Shown: positions 1 to 8,999, numbered from the stretch's first letter. The stretch is 64,000 nt of DNA from a virus (IMGVR_UViG_3300027848_000009:32001-96000); one strand, 5' to 3'. Notes: a model not told the origin generated them from the sequence alone. Numbers and translations: made by a program.

Positions 1-159
1 GGCGTCGATCTCGTCACGTTGTGCGGTTGCTCTTGCTGCCATCTTCAGGTGCCAGGATGCACGGTCGAGCGCTTCGGCTGTGCCTTCGGGCATGAGGGCC
101 GGGGTGTCGTAGTCGATGTCCGGCTCGTCGCCGATGGGGATGTCCATGTCTTCGTTCAT
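1..159 (-). CDS. 5' part of a gene running off the window; possibly a Gam-like host-nuclease inhibitor
   Basis: Translated by hand from ATG at 159: MNEDMDIPIGDEPDIDYDTPALMPEGTAEALDRASWHLKMAARATAQRDEIDA...; acidic leader then an A-x-W-x-L-K helix reminiscent of Gam-family N-termini; divergent promoter element upstream. Confidence 0.4.
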   Translation of the reverse strand, partial: MNEDMDIPIGDEPDIDYDTPALMPEGTAEALDRASWHLKMAARATAQRDEIDA

Positions 160-210
160 TGGTTTCTCGTTTCAGGGTTGTCCTCGACGGGGTGCCGAGA
201 TTGGTGGAAC

Positions 211-240
211 AGCCACAGTCTACCCGACCCGAGTCGGTCT
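211..240 (-). promoter_or_regulatory. Divergent copy of the operator/-10 element
   Basis: Minus strand reads GACCGACTCGGGTCGGG-TAGACT, matching the CGACTCGGGTCG-N2-TAGAGT element at 289-308. Confidence 0.55.
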
Positions 241-260
241 GGCTACCTCCAATCTTCCAG

Positions 261-310
261 AATAGTTTCGGGTTGAGGGTTGACGACCCGACTCGGGTCG
301 GATAGAGTGA
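261..310 (+). promoter_or_regulatory. Sigma70-type promoter with palindromic operator (copy 1 of a 50-bp repeat)
   Basis: TTGACG 280-285, 17-bp spacer, TAGAGT 303-308; palindrome CGACCCGA-C-TCGGGTCG at 284-300; ATG at 316. Confidence 0.8.
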
Positions 311-315
311 TTGAC

Positions 316-558
316 ATGACCAACCAGACAAACTCCACCACCCACCAGTTTGCGGCATCGCAGATCGAGGTCGGCGACGAAATCCTGATCCGAGTTCACT
401 CGACGAACCCGAACGACTTCCAGCGTCGCCGCCACTACCTGAAAGTGCTCGCCACCAACGGCGACGGATACAAGGTCAAGGTCTTCACCGACCAGGGCGA
501 GATGTCCTTCCGCAACTCCGACATCGTCGAGATCGTCACCCACGGCTGGACCGCATGA
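316..558 (+). CDS. Hypothetical small beta-rich protein, probably leaderless
   Basis: ORF 280..558; ATG at 316 lies 8 nt after the -10 box. Confidence 0.65.
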   Translation: MTNQTNSTTHQFAASQIEVGDEILIRVHSTNPNDFQRRRHYLKVLATNGDGYKVKVFTDQGEMSFRNSDIVEIVTHGWTA

Positions 559-815
559 TGACCGCCGCAACCACCACCAAAATCGCAGCCGCCAGCCTCG
601 TTCCCGGCGACTTCATCATCAGCCGTATCGGTATCCCTCGCAAGATCATCGCAGTCTGGGGCAACGTTGAGATCGAGTTCGCAGACGGTTCCACTCAGGG
701 AATTCACCCCGATCACACCGTCACGATCATCGCCACCGAAGCCCGAGCGATCTGCGATGGCCTCGGCCACGGCTACCCCGGTGGCGGTCCCTGCCCGCTC
801 GAAGATCGCTGGTAA
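555..815 (+). CDS. Hypothetical protein
   Basis: ATGA overlap with the upstream stop. Confidence 0.6.
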   Translation: MMTAATTTKIAAASLVPGDFIISRIGIPRKIIAVWGNVEIEFADGSTQGIHPDHTVTIIATEARAICDGLGHGYPGGGPCPLEDRW

Positions 816-917
816 GCGAAGCGACCTCGGCTACGGCCGAGCGTTGCGAAGGTCTTCCCGAGTCGGGCGGATCTTCGGAGCGATCCCCGCTTCCACCAAG
901 CAAGAAAGAATGGCACC

Positions 918-2111
918 ATGCCCACCACCGAAGAACTCTCCACCCGACTCCGAAACGAGACGGACCTTTCCAAGATCAGCGGCACCCTCGCCGCTGTCGC
1001 CTCCTCCCGCTTCGATGTCGTCGCCCCACAATCGGCGCTCCACGTCGAGCGTGACACGGCGACGATCGCCGACCCGAGCGGCGAGCCGCAACTCACCGAC
1101 GATGGAGTCACGTCGCCAGTGATCGTCGCCTCGATGACTCGCATGGCGGAACGGCAGATCGCTGGTCGGCTCAAGATCCCGCTCCAGTACCTCGACCGCC
1201 TCCAGAGCAACGAGGACGCCACCCGCGACCTCGCCGACCACTCGATCAACACGCTGGCCGGGATCGACGACCGCAAGGCGCTCTACCGTTTCTTACGGGC
1301 CGACGATGGCCTGGTGCTCCGCTCCGTCCTCTCCGACTCTTATGGACTCTTCGACAACGACCGGGCGCTCCGTGCTCTCATCGAAGGCCTCGGCGCTTCT
1401 GGCCTCGGCCTCGGCGACTGTCAGGTGAAGGGCGACGTGACGCCGGACCGGCTGCGGCTTCGCATCACGGTCCCGGCGATCGAGCTGGCCGTCCCCGATC
1501 TACTCGGCGACTACCGGATGCCGTTCTCGATGAAACCGGAGAACGGCATGCACGACCGACCCGACGTGGGCGAGACACCTCCCGTGCTGTGGGCCGGTAT
1601 CGAAATCGGCAACTCCGAGACAGGCAACGGAACCTTCTTCGTCAGGCCTCGGGCCGAGGTCGCTGTCTGCCGCAACGGTCTTGTCAAGCCGATCGAGTTC
1701 AAGCGTGCTCACCTCGGCGCTCGGCTCGACGACGGCGAGATCAACTGGTCCGGCGAGACTCGTCAGAACGTGTACAAGCTGGTGGCCTCGCAGGTCGCCG
1801 ACGTGGTGCGTACCTACCTCTCGACCGACTACTTGGTGACGATCGCTGCGGAGATGCGTGCTGCGAAGGGAATCGTTATCGACTCGGCGGCTTCTGCCAT
1901 CGAGATCGTGACCGACCAGATCGGGCTGACCGACGACGAGCAGAGAAACGTCTTCGACTGCTTCGCTCGGGGTGGCGACTCGACGCTGTTGGGGCTGGGC
2001 CAAGCGGTCACGGCTGCTTCCCAGCTGGTCGAAGACGGCGATCGTCAGGCCGAGCTGGAAGGCGAGTTCTGGAACGTTGTCAACTCGCCAGCTCGTTACG
2101 CCTCGGTCTGA
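918..2111 (+). CDS. DUF932/DUF945-like phage protein
   Basis: 397 aa; motifs RSVLSDSY, GIEIGNSETGNG, VCRNG, H-L-G typical of this family. Confidence 0.6.
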   Translation: MPTTEELSTRLRNETDLSKISGTLAAVASSRFDVVAPQSALHVERDTATIADPSGEPQLTDDGVTSPVIVASMTRMAERQIAGRLKIPLQYLDRLQSNEDATRDLADHSINTLAGIDDRKALYRFLRADDGLVLRSVLSDSYGLFDNDRALRALIEGLGASGLGLGDCQVKGDVTPDRLRLRITVPAIELAVPDLLGDYRMPFSMKPENGMHDRPDVGETPPVLWAGIEIGNSETGNGTFFVRPRAEVAVCRNGLVKPIEFKRAHLGARLDDGEINWSGETRQNVYKLVASQVADVVRTYLSTDYLVTIAAEMRAAKGIVIDSAASAIEIVTDQIGLTDDEQRNVFDCFARGGDSTLLGLGQAVTAASQLVEDGDRQAELEGEFWNVVNSPARYASV

Positions 2112-2122
2112 CCCGATAAGCA

Positions 2123-2168
2123 AACCTGCCCGGCCACCTCGCAATCGTGCGGAGTGGCCGGGCAGGTT
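2123..2168 (+). terminator. Strong hairpin, probable terminator
   Basis: AACCTGCCCGGCCAC ... GTGGCCGGGCAGGTT 15-bp stem right after the stop at 2111. Confidence 0.6.
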
Positions 2169-2247
2169 AGGGTTGTCGCCCTACCAAGAACTCGAACCGA
2201 GGAGAAGAAGTGTACCAAGAAGTGAATGAACTGGCAGAGGTCGTGGC

Positions 2248-3045
2248 GTGAGCATCGAGCGTGTCGCCCTCGTCCTGAAGAAATCGTGGGGAGTGCCCGG
2301 CACCGCCAAGCTGATCTTGATTGGCATTGCCAACCATGACGGCGACGGTGGGGCGTGGCCGTCGATCGACACGCTGGCGGCATACGCCGAGGTCGATCGA
2401 CGTGGAGTGCAGCGGCACCTCTCGACGATGTCCGAGAAGGGCATCCTGACCGTCCACACCAATCGGGGTGGCACTGATGCCACCCCGGTCGATCGTCGCC
2501 CGAATCGCTACGAGATCGACTACGGATACGAGGCGGCGCGAGCGTCGCCTCGCGGGGCGGTGTCTACGACGGCACGGGGCGGTGTAGAAGGCGCGAACGG
2601 GGCGGTGTCTACGACCGAACGGGGCGGTGTGTGCGCCGCCCTAACCTTCCTTGAACCATCCATAGAACCGTCCATAGAACTGTTTACCTCATCGCAAGCG
2701 ATCGAGGTGCTGCCGCTGGCGAGAGTGCTGGCGTATTCGCTCGACGAAGAGTTCGATCTCTTCTGGCAGACATACGGCCGAGTCGGTTCGAAGAAGAAGG
2801 CTCGCGAATGCTGGGAGCTGGCAATCCGCAAGGCAGCACCCGAGGTCATCCAGGCTGGCTTGGAGCGATGGACAGAATACTGGCTGTCGCCCGACGCCGC
2901 GAATCAGAAGTGGCCGCAAGGATGGCTCAGCGAAGAGCGGTGGAGCGACGAGCCGCCGTTCGCCTCGAAGAAGTCTGTCGCACCGAAGCTCGCAAACTCC
3001 ACCGCCGCTCTCAAGCAGGCCATGCAGAACAGGATGAACCGATGA
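2248..3045 (+). CDS. HTH phage replication initiator
   Basis: N-terminal AKLILIGIANH..AWPSIDTLA..RRGVQRHL HTH; EPSIEPSIE linker; C-terminal FDLFWQTY..KKKA..W..PQGWLSEERW domain; internal iterons. Confidence 0.75.
   Translation: MSIERVALVLKKSWGVPGTAKLILIGIANHDGDGGAWPSIDTLAAYAEVDRRGVQRHLSTMSEKGILTVHTNRGGTDATPVDRRPNRYEIDYGYEAARASPRGAVSTTARGGVEGANGAVSTTERGGVCAALTFLEPSIEPSIELFTSSQAIEVLPLARVLAYSLDEEFDLFWQTYGRVGSKKKARECWELAIRKAAPEVIQAGLERWTEYWLSPDAANQKWPQGWLSEERWSDEPPFASKKSVAPKLANSTAALKQAMQNRMNR
2553..2630 (+). repeat. Four iteron-like direct repeats (putative origin)
   Basis: CGGGGCGGTGT at 2553, 2575, 2598 and 2620 (spacing 22/23/22). Confidence 0.7.
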
Positions 3046-3476
3046 CCGAAGAAGAATCTTGGCTACTGGTCGGTGATCTCGCCGTTGAGACAAGCGGGTG
3101 GGATGACATCAACATCGAGGCCACTCGTAAACGCATCGAGGGATGGCCCGACTTCAATTGCGGGCGCGAGGCGGTCGAGACTGTCATCGAAACACACGAC
3201 GGTTACGGCCGTCCTCTGTGGGGCGCTCTGAACAATGCGTACCGCTCCTCGGCCCGACGGCGGACGATGGCTGCTCCGGCGCTTCTTTCGGGCGCTGAGG
3301 GACGTATCTTGTCCTTTGCGGAGGGTCGGGTCGTAGCTGCGAAGTCGTACTCTCAATATTGTGTGAAGCGAGATACGAAGACTGACCCGCACATTCTTTC
3401 GGGCTTCCGCTCGACCGAGCCGAACCCGAAGATCCTCGATCAGCTTCTGGGCTTTGTGAAGAGTCCCGAGGAATGA
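3042..3476 (+). CDS. Hypothetical protein, possibly helicase loader/inhibitor-like
   Basis: ATGA overlap with the initiator stop; MTEEESWLLV.. start and position typical of such genes. Confidence 0.5.
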   Translation: MTEEESWLLVGDLAVETSGWDDINIEATRKRIEGWPDFNCGREAVETVIETHDGYGRPLWGALNNAYRSSARRRTMAAPALLSGAEGRILSFAEGRVVAAKSYSQYCVKRDTKTDPHILSGFRSTEPNPKILDQLLGFVKSPEE

Positions 3477-3516
3477 TGCACTCTGAGTTGTCGGCGACCG
3501 AATACCGGAGCTTGCT

Positions 3517-3783
3517 GTGAGCGTGACGCCACGAGCGCGGGCGCTCAACCGAGGCCACATCATGGACGCCGACGTGAAGAAGGCGGAGCGGGCCGAGGCG
3601 AGGAGGAACGCTCCGAAGTCGTTGGCGATCGTGCGTGGGCAGCGCGTCTTCCTCGACGGCGGCGAGTGGGGGATGGTGTGGTGCAGCGTGTCGCAGGTTC
3701 TGGACGCCCACCGGGCTGAGGTCGTGCTCCCTCACGGCGGTCGTTTGATCGTGCCGAGGTCAATGTTGAGCGGAGGCTTGTGA
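3517..3783 (+). CDS. Hypothetical protein
   Basis: ORF preceded by GGAG. Confidence 0.5.
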   Translation: MSVTPRARALNRGHIMDADVKKAERAEARRNAPKSLAIVRGQRVFLDGGEWGMVWCSVSQVLDAHRAEVVLPHGGRLIVPRSMLSGGL

Positions 3784-3810
3784 TTCTCCTGCGATGTCCT
3801 TCCCAACAAC

Positions 3811-3840
3811 ACCCGGCTCGACTCGGGTCGATTAGAGTGA
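3811..3840 (+). promoter_or_regulatory. Degenerate copy of the operator/-10 element
   Basis: CTCGACTCGGGTCGAT-TAGAGTGA upstream of the HNH gene. Confidence 0.55.
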
Positions 3841-3902
3841 AGTCGATCGGTTGCTCTGCGTGGCCGACGTAACGGGCTACGGCCCAGAAAGGTTCCGATG
3901 GC

Positions 3903-4271
3903 GTGATTCGCTCTGGTCCGATCAAACGTAAGAAGTCAGCGGATCGGACCAGAGCAGGGTCGCCCGCACAGGGTGCTCAGAGGCCATCTAAGCAACGATC
4001 CCGCCCGAGGAGGGCCGGTGTCGCCCCTGATACCGCTGAGGCTGTGAAGGAGCGAGACCAAGAATGCCAGGCGTGGCCGCTCGGCTTCGCTCTCGATCGC
4101 CGATGTTCGGGCCGAGGCCACATTCACCATCGTGTGCTGAGATCGCAAGGAGGCGAGCACACCGCCGAGAATCTGCTACTGCTATGCGAGGCGCATCACG
4201 ACCTCGCTCATAACTCACGACGGGCCGAGGCTGAGGCAGCGGGCGTCATCATCAGAAGGGGTATCAAATGA
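3903..4271 (+). CDS. HNH endonuclease
   Basis: ERDQECQ..C..HIHHRVLRSQGG..ENLLLLCEAHH. Confidence 0.85.
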   Translation: MIRSGPIKRKKSADRTRAGSPAQGAQRPSKQRSRPRRAGVAPDTAEAVKERDQECQAWPLGFALDRRCSGRGHIHHRVLRSQGGEHTAENLLLLCEAHHDLAHNSRRAEAEAAGVIIRRGIK

Positions 4272-4702
4272 ACAACATGAGTTTGTTCGACGGAGACGGC
4301 GACGACGAAGGCGACAAGAAGGACGACCGGCTGGCGACGCTAGTGGCCAGAGTGTTCTTCTTGATGAGCGATCGTCACTGGCGTTCGCTCGGCGACATCG
4401 GCGAGAAGGCGGGAGGGTCGGAAGCGTCCGTGTCGGCTCGGCTCCGAGATCTACGGAAGCCACGTTTCGGTGGGCACACCGTCGAGCGTCGCCTGGTTGG
4501 CGGCGGGCTGTACGCCTACCGGCTCCAGCCGAGCGATCTTGGTCTGCTCGACGGCCGGGCCGAGCGGTCGCCGAAAGCCGACGCTCGACGCCGGGTGACC
4601 GAATACCTCGACAAGCGGGAAGGCCAGCTCCAGGCTGATCTGATCGACTGGGCTTGGTCCGGCGAAACACTGTTGATGTCCGATCTTCGGGTGCTGCTGT
4701 GA
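4268..4702 (+). CDS. HTH DNA-binding protein
   Basis: WRSLGDI..GSEASVSARLRDLRKPRFGGHTVERR. Confidence 0.65.
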   Translation: MNNMSLFDGDGDDEGDKKDDRLATLVARVFFLMSDRHWRSLGDIGEKAGGSEASVSARLRDLRKPRFGGHTVERRLVGGGLYAYRLQPSDLGLLDGRAERSPKADARRRVTEYLDKREGQLQADLIDWAWSGETLLMSDLRVLL

Positions 4703-5094
4703 ACGATCACATCCGGCCGGTCATGTCGCAGGCCCAAATCGAACATCAGATCATGGACACCGCCGATGCGTTGGAGCTGCTCGTCGAGCAGTACGCCGAG
4801 ATCGCCGAGGCGGCTGGACTGTCCACGGCGGAGCATCTGAAACAGCAGGCGCTGATGACCTTGGCCGTCATCGAGCATCCGCCGCGCAACGAAAACGGAC
4901 TGGCAATAAAGCAGGATGCGAAGTCTCGTGACGCACGGATCGAGCTGGCATCAAACGACGAGCGGAAGGCGGCTGCGATTGCTGGCGCTCGTCGAGAGTT
5001 CCAGCGAGAAGCGATGTCGATGCAACGGTCACGGCTCGACGCTCTCCGCACCCTCGCCGCCAACGTGCGATACCAGTTGAGTAACAACGGATGA
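4699..5094 (+). CDS. Coiled-coil hypothetical protein, homolog of 54341..54685
   Basis: GTGA overlap; SQAQIE.. and LDALRTLAANVR match SQVEIE.. and IDAMRTLNANVR. Confidence 0.65.
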   Translation: MNDHIRPVMSQAQIEHQIMDTADALELLVEQYAEIAEAAGLSTAEHLKQQALMTLAVIEHPPRNENGLAIKQDAKSRDARIELASNDERKAAAIAGARREFQREAMSMQRSRLDALRTLAANVRYQLSNNG

Positions 5095-5123
5095 GCACGA
5101 CCGTAGTCGGGTATGGTGTTGGC

Positions 5124-5357
5124 ATGACCGAGAACGAATCCAAGAAGCTGTCCGCTCTCCAGCTCTCCGTGTGCCGGGGCAACCTGGCGATGCTCGAACG
5201 TAATGCGTTTCTCAAAACGCTGTACGAGAAGGGTGCCACGCAGCCCGAGCTGGCGATCACACTCAACGTAGTGTCACGCACAGTGGGCGACAAGGAGATC
5301 ACGCCGGACGCCGTGTACCGGGCGATCAAACGCATCAACGATCGGAGCGGATCATGA
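5124..5357 (+). CDS. Small putative DNA-binding protein
   Basis: GATQPELAITL..ITPDAVYRAIKR is HTH-like; TATGGT box just before ATG 5124. Confidence 0.5.
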   Translation: MTENESKKLSALQLSVCRGNLAMLERNAFLKTLYEKGATQPELAITLNVVSRTVGDKEITPDAVYRAIKRINDRSGS

Positions 5358-5983
5358 GTGGCTTCACAGTCAACCAAGAGTTCAACGAAGCGATCCCGCT
5401 CAGCCAGCTGACGGAGCACCCCGACAACCCGAGGCGAGGCGACGACGTGGCGGTGGCCGAGTCGGTCGAGGCGAACGGCTTCTACGGCGCGGTCCTCGTC
5501 CACAAGGCGACCGGGCATGTACTCGCCGGTAACACCCGGCTGCGTGTCGCCCGAGAAGCGGGCGAGACAGCGATCCCCGGCTTCTGGATCGACTGCGATG
5601 AGAAGACCGCCAAGCGGATTCTTCTTGCGGACAACCGTGTGTCTGATCTTGCGTACTACGACGACCAGTTGCTGCTCGACATGCTCCGAATGGTGGAGGA
5701 TGAGAGTGGCAACCTGGTCGGCACCGGATACGACAGCTCTTCGATGGAGCTTCTGATGCAGGCTGCTTCGGCGGAAGAGATCATGGGCGGTGTCCGGCAG
5801 GGCGCTACCCCAGAAGACCGTATGGGCGCTTACGTTGCGGCGGACATCCGCTCGCTGATCCTCCCATACGAGCACGACGAGTATGAGATTGTTGCGGACG
5901 GTCTGATTGCTCTTCGCTCGGCGATGAGTTTGGATACGAACGCCGATGTGATCTTGCGGCTCGTCGTCGAAGCCACGGCCTGA
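5354..5983 (+). CDS. ParB/Srx-like N-terminal domain protein
   Basis: LTEHPDNPRRGD..SVEANGF..LAGNTRLRVA..LLADNR. Confidence 0.85.
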   Translation: MSGFTVNQEFNEAIPLSQLTEHPDNPRRGDDVAVAESVEANGFYGAVLVHKATGHVLAGNTRLRVAREAGETAIPGFWIDCDEKTAKRILLADNRVSDLAYYDDQLLLDMLRMVEDESGNLVGTGYDSSSMELLMQAASAEEIMGGVRQGATPEDRMGAYVAADIRSLILPYEHDEYEIVADGLIALRSAMSLDTNADVILRLVVEATA

Positions 5984-6963
5984 TGGAGTTGGCGCAGACA
6001 GTCGTCCCGCGCATCGTTCGCAAACGAACATTGAGTCCGCTCGTCCGCTGCACGTTCGCCGAGTTGGACCAACGAATGTTGAACGATTACGGCTCGTGTG
6101 ACGCAATGATCCCATACAGCCCTCGCCACCCGTGCCCGAACTGCGGACACGTCCAGGTCCAGGCGACCGCCTCGGCTCCGCCACCCGACGCCGAAATCAT
6201 CGAGGGCAACGTTGCGCTCATCGACGCCGACACCGGCGAGGTGTCCGCAGTGCAGGTGATCGCCGTCCCCGATCTGGCGAACCGTTTGGCGGTCGATCTG
6301 GGGCACATCAAATGGGATGCACCGGTCAACGCTCGCGGAAAATCAGCGAACGAGGGACGACTGTCCGGCATGGTCGTGACGCACCGGACCTTCGGATACA
6401 CACCTCCCGTCCCGCTCCGCCGTCGGTATGCGTGTGCGGCCGCAAGGTTCAACTTCGATTACCCTTCTGCCTCGGCGGCGATCTCCGAGTACGTCGTGGC
6501 TGCGGAGCATGTGTTCCGTACACAGGCGGGCGACAAGTATGAGGCGACGGCGACCGAGGTGCTGGCGCAGATCCCGGCTGCGTGGCGTATCGCTGGCAGC
6601 CCGTGGACCTCGGGCATTATCAACAACACGGCGGCTCTCCCGTACCATCGAGACTCGAACAACATCAAAGGTTCTTGGTCGGCGATGCTGGCGATTCGCA
6701 ACAACGTCGAAGGCGGTCTGCTGCACCTCGCCGACTACGACGTGTGGTTACGGGTGCCGAACGGTTCGATCTCGATTTTCGATGGACAGTCGGTTCTTCA
6801 TGGCGTATCACCGTTCAAGCTGTCTGGCCCGAATGCTTACCGGTACACGATCGTGTCGTATGCCCGCCGAGGTCTGCGAGTATGTTGCCCAGACCCGAGG
6901 GGCGAGTCGAGGCGCGCCGCTATCGCAGCGACCGCCGCCGACGACAAGAGACGCAACCGATGA
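5983..6963 (+). CDS. TET/JBP-family 2OG-Fe(II) DNA base dioxygenase
   Basis: TSGIINNTAALPYHRDSNN (HxD), GGLLHLADY, FDGQSVLHGVSP (distal H), RYTIVSY; sits between ParB and glycosyltransferase genes. Confidence 0.8.
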   Translation: MELAQTVVPRIVRKRTLSPLVRCTFAELDQRMLNDYGSCDAMIPYSPRHPCPNCGHVQVQATASAPPPDAEIIEGNVALIDADTGEVSAVQVIAVPDLANRLAVDLGHIKWDAPVNARGKSANEGRLSGMVVTHRTFGYTPPVPLRRRYACAAARFNFDYPSASAAISEYVVAAEHVFRTQAGDKYEATATEVLAQIPAAWRIAGSPWTSGIINNTAALPYHRDSNNIKGSWSAMLAIRNNVEGGLLHLADYDVWLRVPNGSISIFDGQSVLHGVSPFKLSGPNAYRYTIVSYARRGLRVCCPDPRGESRRAAIAATAADDKRRNR

Positions 6964-7808
6964 GGGTCTTCGTTTTCGGTTACGACAGGTTCGAGAACAT
7001 GACGACCTCGCTGCTGTTGGCGGGCGATGGCGTCGAGCACACGGTTCTTTGTCACAGCGACGAGGACCGGGCGAAGTTCTTGGCTGGCGGCGCTGTCGGC
7101 GGCGAGGTCGTGGCGACCGGGTTGGAGCGTGGCCTCGCTGGTCAACGTAACGCTGCTCTGGACATGCTTGGCGACGGCGAGTGGGGAGTGTTCTTAGTGG
7201 ACGATCTGGTGTCGGTGTCGGAGGTGTCGGGTTACGACGAGCGGCGGCGGACGAGGACGACCGAGCTGGGTATCAACATGGACAATCAGGCTGCGTTCAA
7301 GAACGGCATGGAGTCGCCGATCTCGTGGGACCGATTTATGGTCCGGTGTGCGGAGACGGCGGATGCGTGTGACGCAATCGGCGCTCGGCTCGGCGGCTTC
7401 TGCGGGATTGCGAACCCGCCGTGGCGTGACCGTAAGTGGAAGTTCAATGGTCTGGCCGACGGGCGGGCGTGGGTTGTGAAGCAGGAGCCTGGGTTCCGTG
7501 TCGAGGCTGGCGCTGGTTGCATCGACGATTTCGGGTGGACGGCTCAGCAGATCGAGCGGCACGGTGTGGCCGTCGTGAACCAGTGGGTGTTGCCGACTGC
7601 TCAGAGATACAAGCCTGGCGGCTACGGCTCGATCGACGACCGGCTGGTTGAGAAGCTGGCAGCGGTCAAGTATTTGACGGCTCGGCACCCAGGCCTGTTG
7701 CGTGTGGCTGCGAAGAAGAATGAGCCTGCCGGTTCGCATGTGCAGTTCCGAAGAACGCTGAGTAGGGGTCAGCTCGATCGGGCGCGCAGGGTGCTCTCCT
7801 CGAAATAG
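6960..7808 (+). CDS. TET-associated GT-A glycosyltransferase
   Basis: ATGA overlap; GLAGQRNAALD..WGVFLVDD, IDDFGWTAQQIERHG and YKPGG motifs. Confidence 0.7.
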   Translation: MRVFVFGYDRFENMTTSLLLAGDGVEHTVLCHSDEDRAKFLAGGAVGGEVVATGLERGLAGQRNAALDMLGDGEWGVFLVDDLVSVSEVSGYDERRRTRTTELGINMDNQAAFKNGMESPISWDRFMVRCAETADACDAIGARLGGFCGIANPPWRDRKWKFNGLADGRAWVVKQEPGFRVEAGAGCIDDFGWTAQQIERHGVAVVNQWVLPTAQRYKPGGYGSIDDRLVEKLAAVKYLTARHPGLLRVAAKKNEPAGSHVQFRRTLSRGQLDRARRVLSSK

Positions 7809-7853
7809 TTTCGGGTTCAGGGTTGACGACCCGACTCGGGTCGGATAGAGTGA
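7804..7853 (+). promoter_or_regulatory. Promoter/operator copy 2 (49/50 identical to 261-310)
   Basis: TTGACG 7823-7828, 17 bp, TAGAGT 7846-7851, same palindrome; ATG at 7858. Confidence 0.8.
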
Positions 7854-7857
7854 GGGT

Positions 7858-8103
7858 ATGACAACGACGACAACCTCAACCGATACCGCCCGAGTGACCG
7901 AGTTCGCCTTGAACGGCTTCGCCGTTTGCGTCGGAAAGAACGTGGTCACCCGTAACTTCCGAACCCGAGCCGAAGCCGAAGTGGCTCTGGCCGAGTGGAA
8001 CGTGACCGCCGCCGACACGACCGACGGCGAGTGGACCTTCGAGGGTTCCGACCTCGAAGCCGAAGCGCTCGCCGCCGATCTCCGCCGGGCGGCACAGTCA
8101 TGA
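7858..8103 (+). CDS. Hypothetical protein, probably leaderless
   Basis: ATG 7 nt after the -10 box. Confidence 0.65.
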   Translation: MTTTTTSTDTARVTEFALNGFAVCVGKNVVTRNFRTRAEAEVALAEWNVTAADTTDGEWTFEGSDLEAEALAADLRRAAQS

Positions 8104-8396
8104 TCGCCGAGGGTTCCACGGTCTGGATGACCGACGACGTTCACAACTTCCGCAACGTCATCAAGACTCCGCAGGAGATCAAGCACGGCGACGACGAGTT
8201 CGTCATCTGTAGCTTCTTGGGTTACCGCACGATCGGTCGCCTTACCGGCCGCACCCGTCGATTCTTCGGGTGTGCCTGCCCGACGATCGAGCGGTTCGAG
8301 ATAGACACCGTTGTCATCGACGGGGCGCTCTGGGGAGTCAAGGGTGAGCGCATCGCCGGGACCGTTGCGGTTCACCCCGAACGGATCGTGCGATGA
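8100..8396 (+). CDS. Hypothetical protein
   Basis: ATGA overlap. Confidence 0.55.
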   Translation: MIAEGSTVWMTDDVHNFRNVIKTPQEIKHGDDEFVICSFLGYRTIGRLTGRTRRFFGCACPTIERFEIDTVVIDGALWGVKGERIAGTVAVHPERIVR

Positions 8397-8526
8397 GCTT
8401 CATCGACGAGCCTCGGTTCCAAAATCGAGATCACATCGACACCCGCCGAAGCGATGCCGCCGCACCCCGGCGTTACCCCGACGCCGCCCGCCGCAATCGC
8501 GATCACACCGACACAAGGAGAATGAA

Positions 8527-8748
8527 ATGAGCATGACCGCACCCGCCCGAGGCTGGGTCAACAAGCCTCGCTTACACCCCGACGACGATGAGTACAGCGT
8601 CTACGGCTGGGGCCACATCGACTTCCCTGACGATTACAGCCTCGCCCTGTGCGGCATCGTTCTCAACGTCGATGACCTTGCCGAGCACGACGGCGCTGAG
8701 CCGTGCGAGCTGTGCTCCCCCGACCGGTACGAGCGGTGGTCCCGATGA
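8527..8748 (+). CDS. Small Cys/His-containing hypothetical protein
   Basis: AAGGAG RBS upstream; H..ALCG..PCELC. Confidence 0.55.
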   Translation: MSMTAPARGWVNKPRLHPDDDEYSVYGWGHIDFPDDYSLALCGIVLNVDDLAEHDGAEPCELCSPDRYERWSR

Positions 8749-8999
8749 GCTACGACATCGACATGGCTGACGGCGAGTGGCCGACAGCGAGCATCGACTA
8801 CACGCTCGACATCCCGCCGATCGAAGGAACCGTCGCCGCCCACCCGGCACGATGCGATTGCAGCCCCTGCTCCGACCGGGCCGAGTTCGCCGACTGGACA
8901 CGCAAGATGGATGCACTCCGCCCGACCGGCGACTACGGTTCGGTTGCCGACTGGCAGCGAGAGACAGCCCGAGACGACATCGCAAACGGGTTCGGCTGA
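8745..8999 (+). CDS. Hypothetical protein
   Basis: ATGA overlap; H..CDCSPC. Confidence 0.5.
   Translation: MSYDIDMADGEWPTASIDYTLDIPPIEGTVAAHPARCDCSPCSDRAEFADWTRKMDALRPTGDYGSVADWQRETARDDIANGFG

Noticed and set aside
6582-6959. N-terminal extension of the glycosyltransferase ORF
   Set aside because: Overlaps the TET gene; ATGA coupling at 6960 is the better start
4868-8375. Long minus-strand ORFs (438 aa and 393 aa)
   Set aside because: Antisense shadows of well-supported high-GC plus-strand genes, with no motifs
8423-8514. Short imperfect direct repeat (AATCGxGATCACAxCGACAC twice)
   Set aside because: Only two copies, no supporting context
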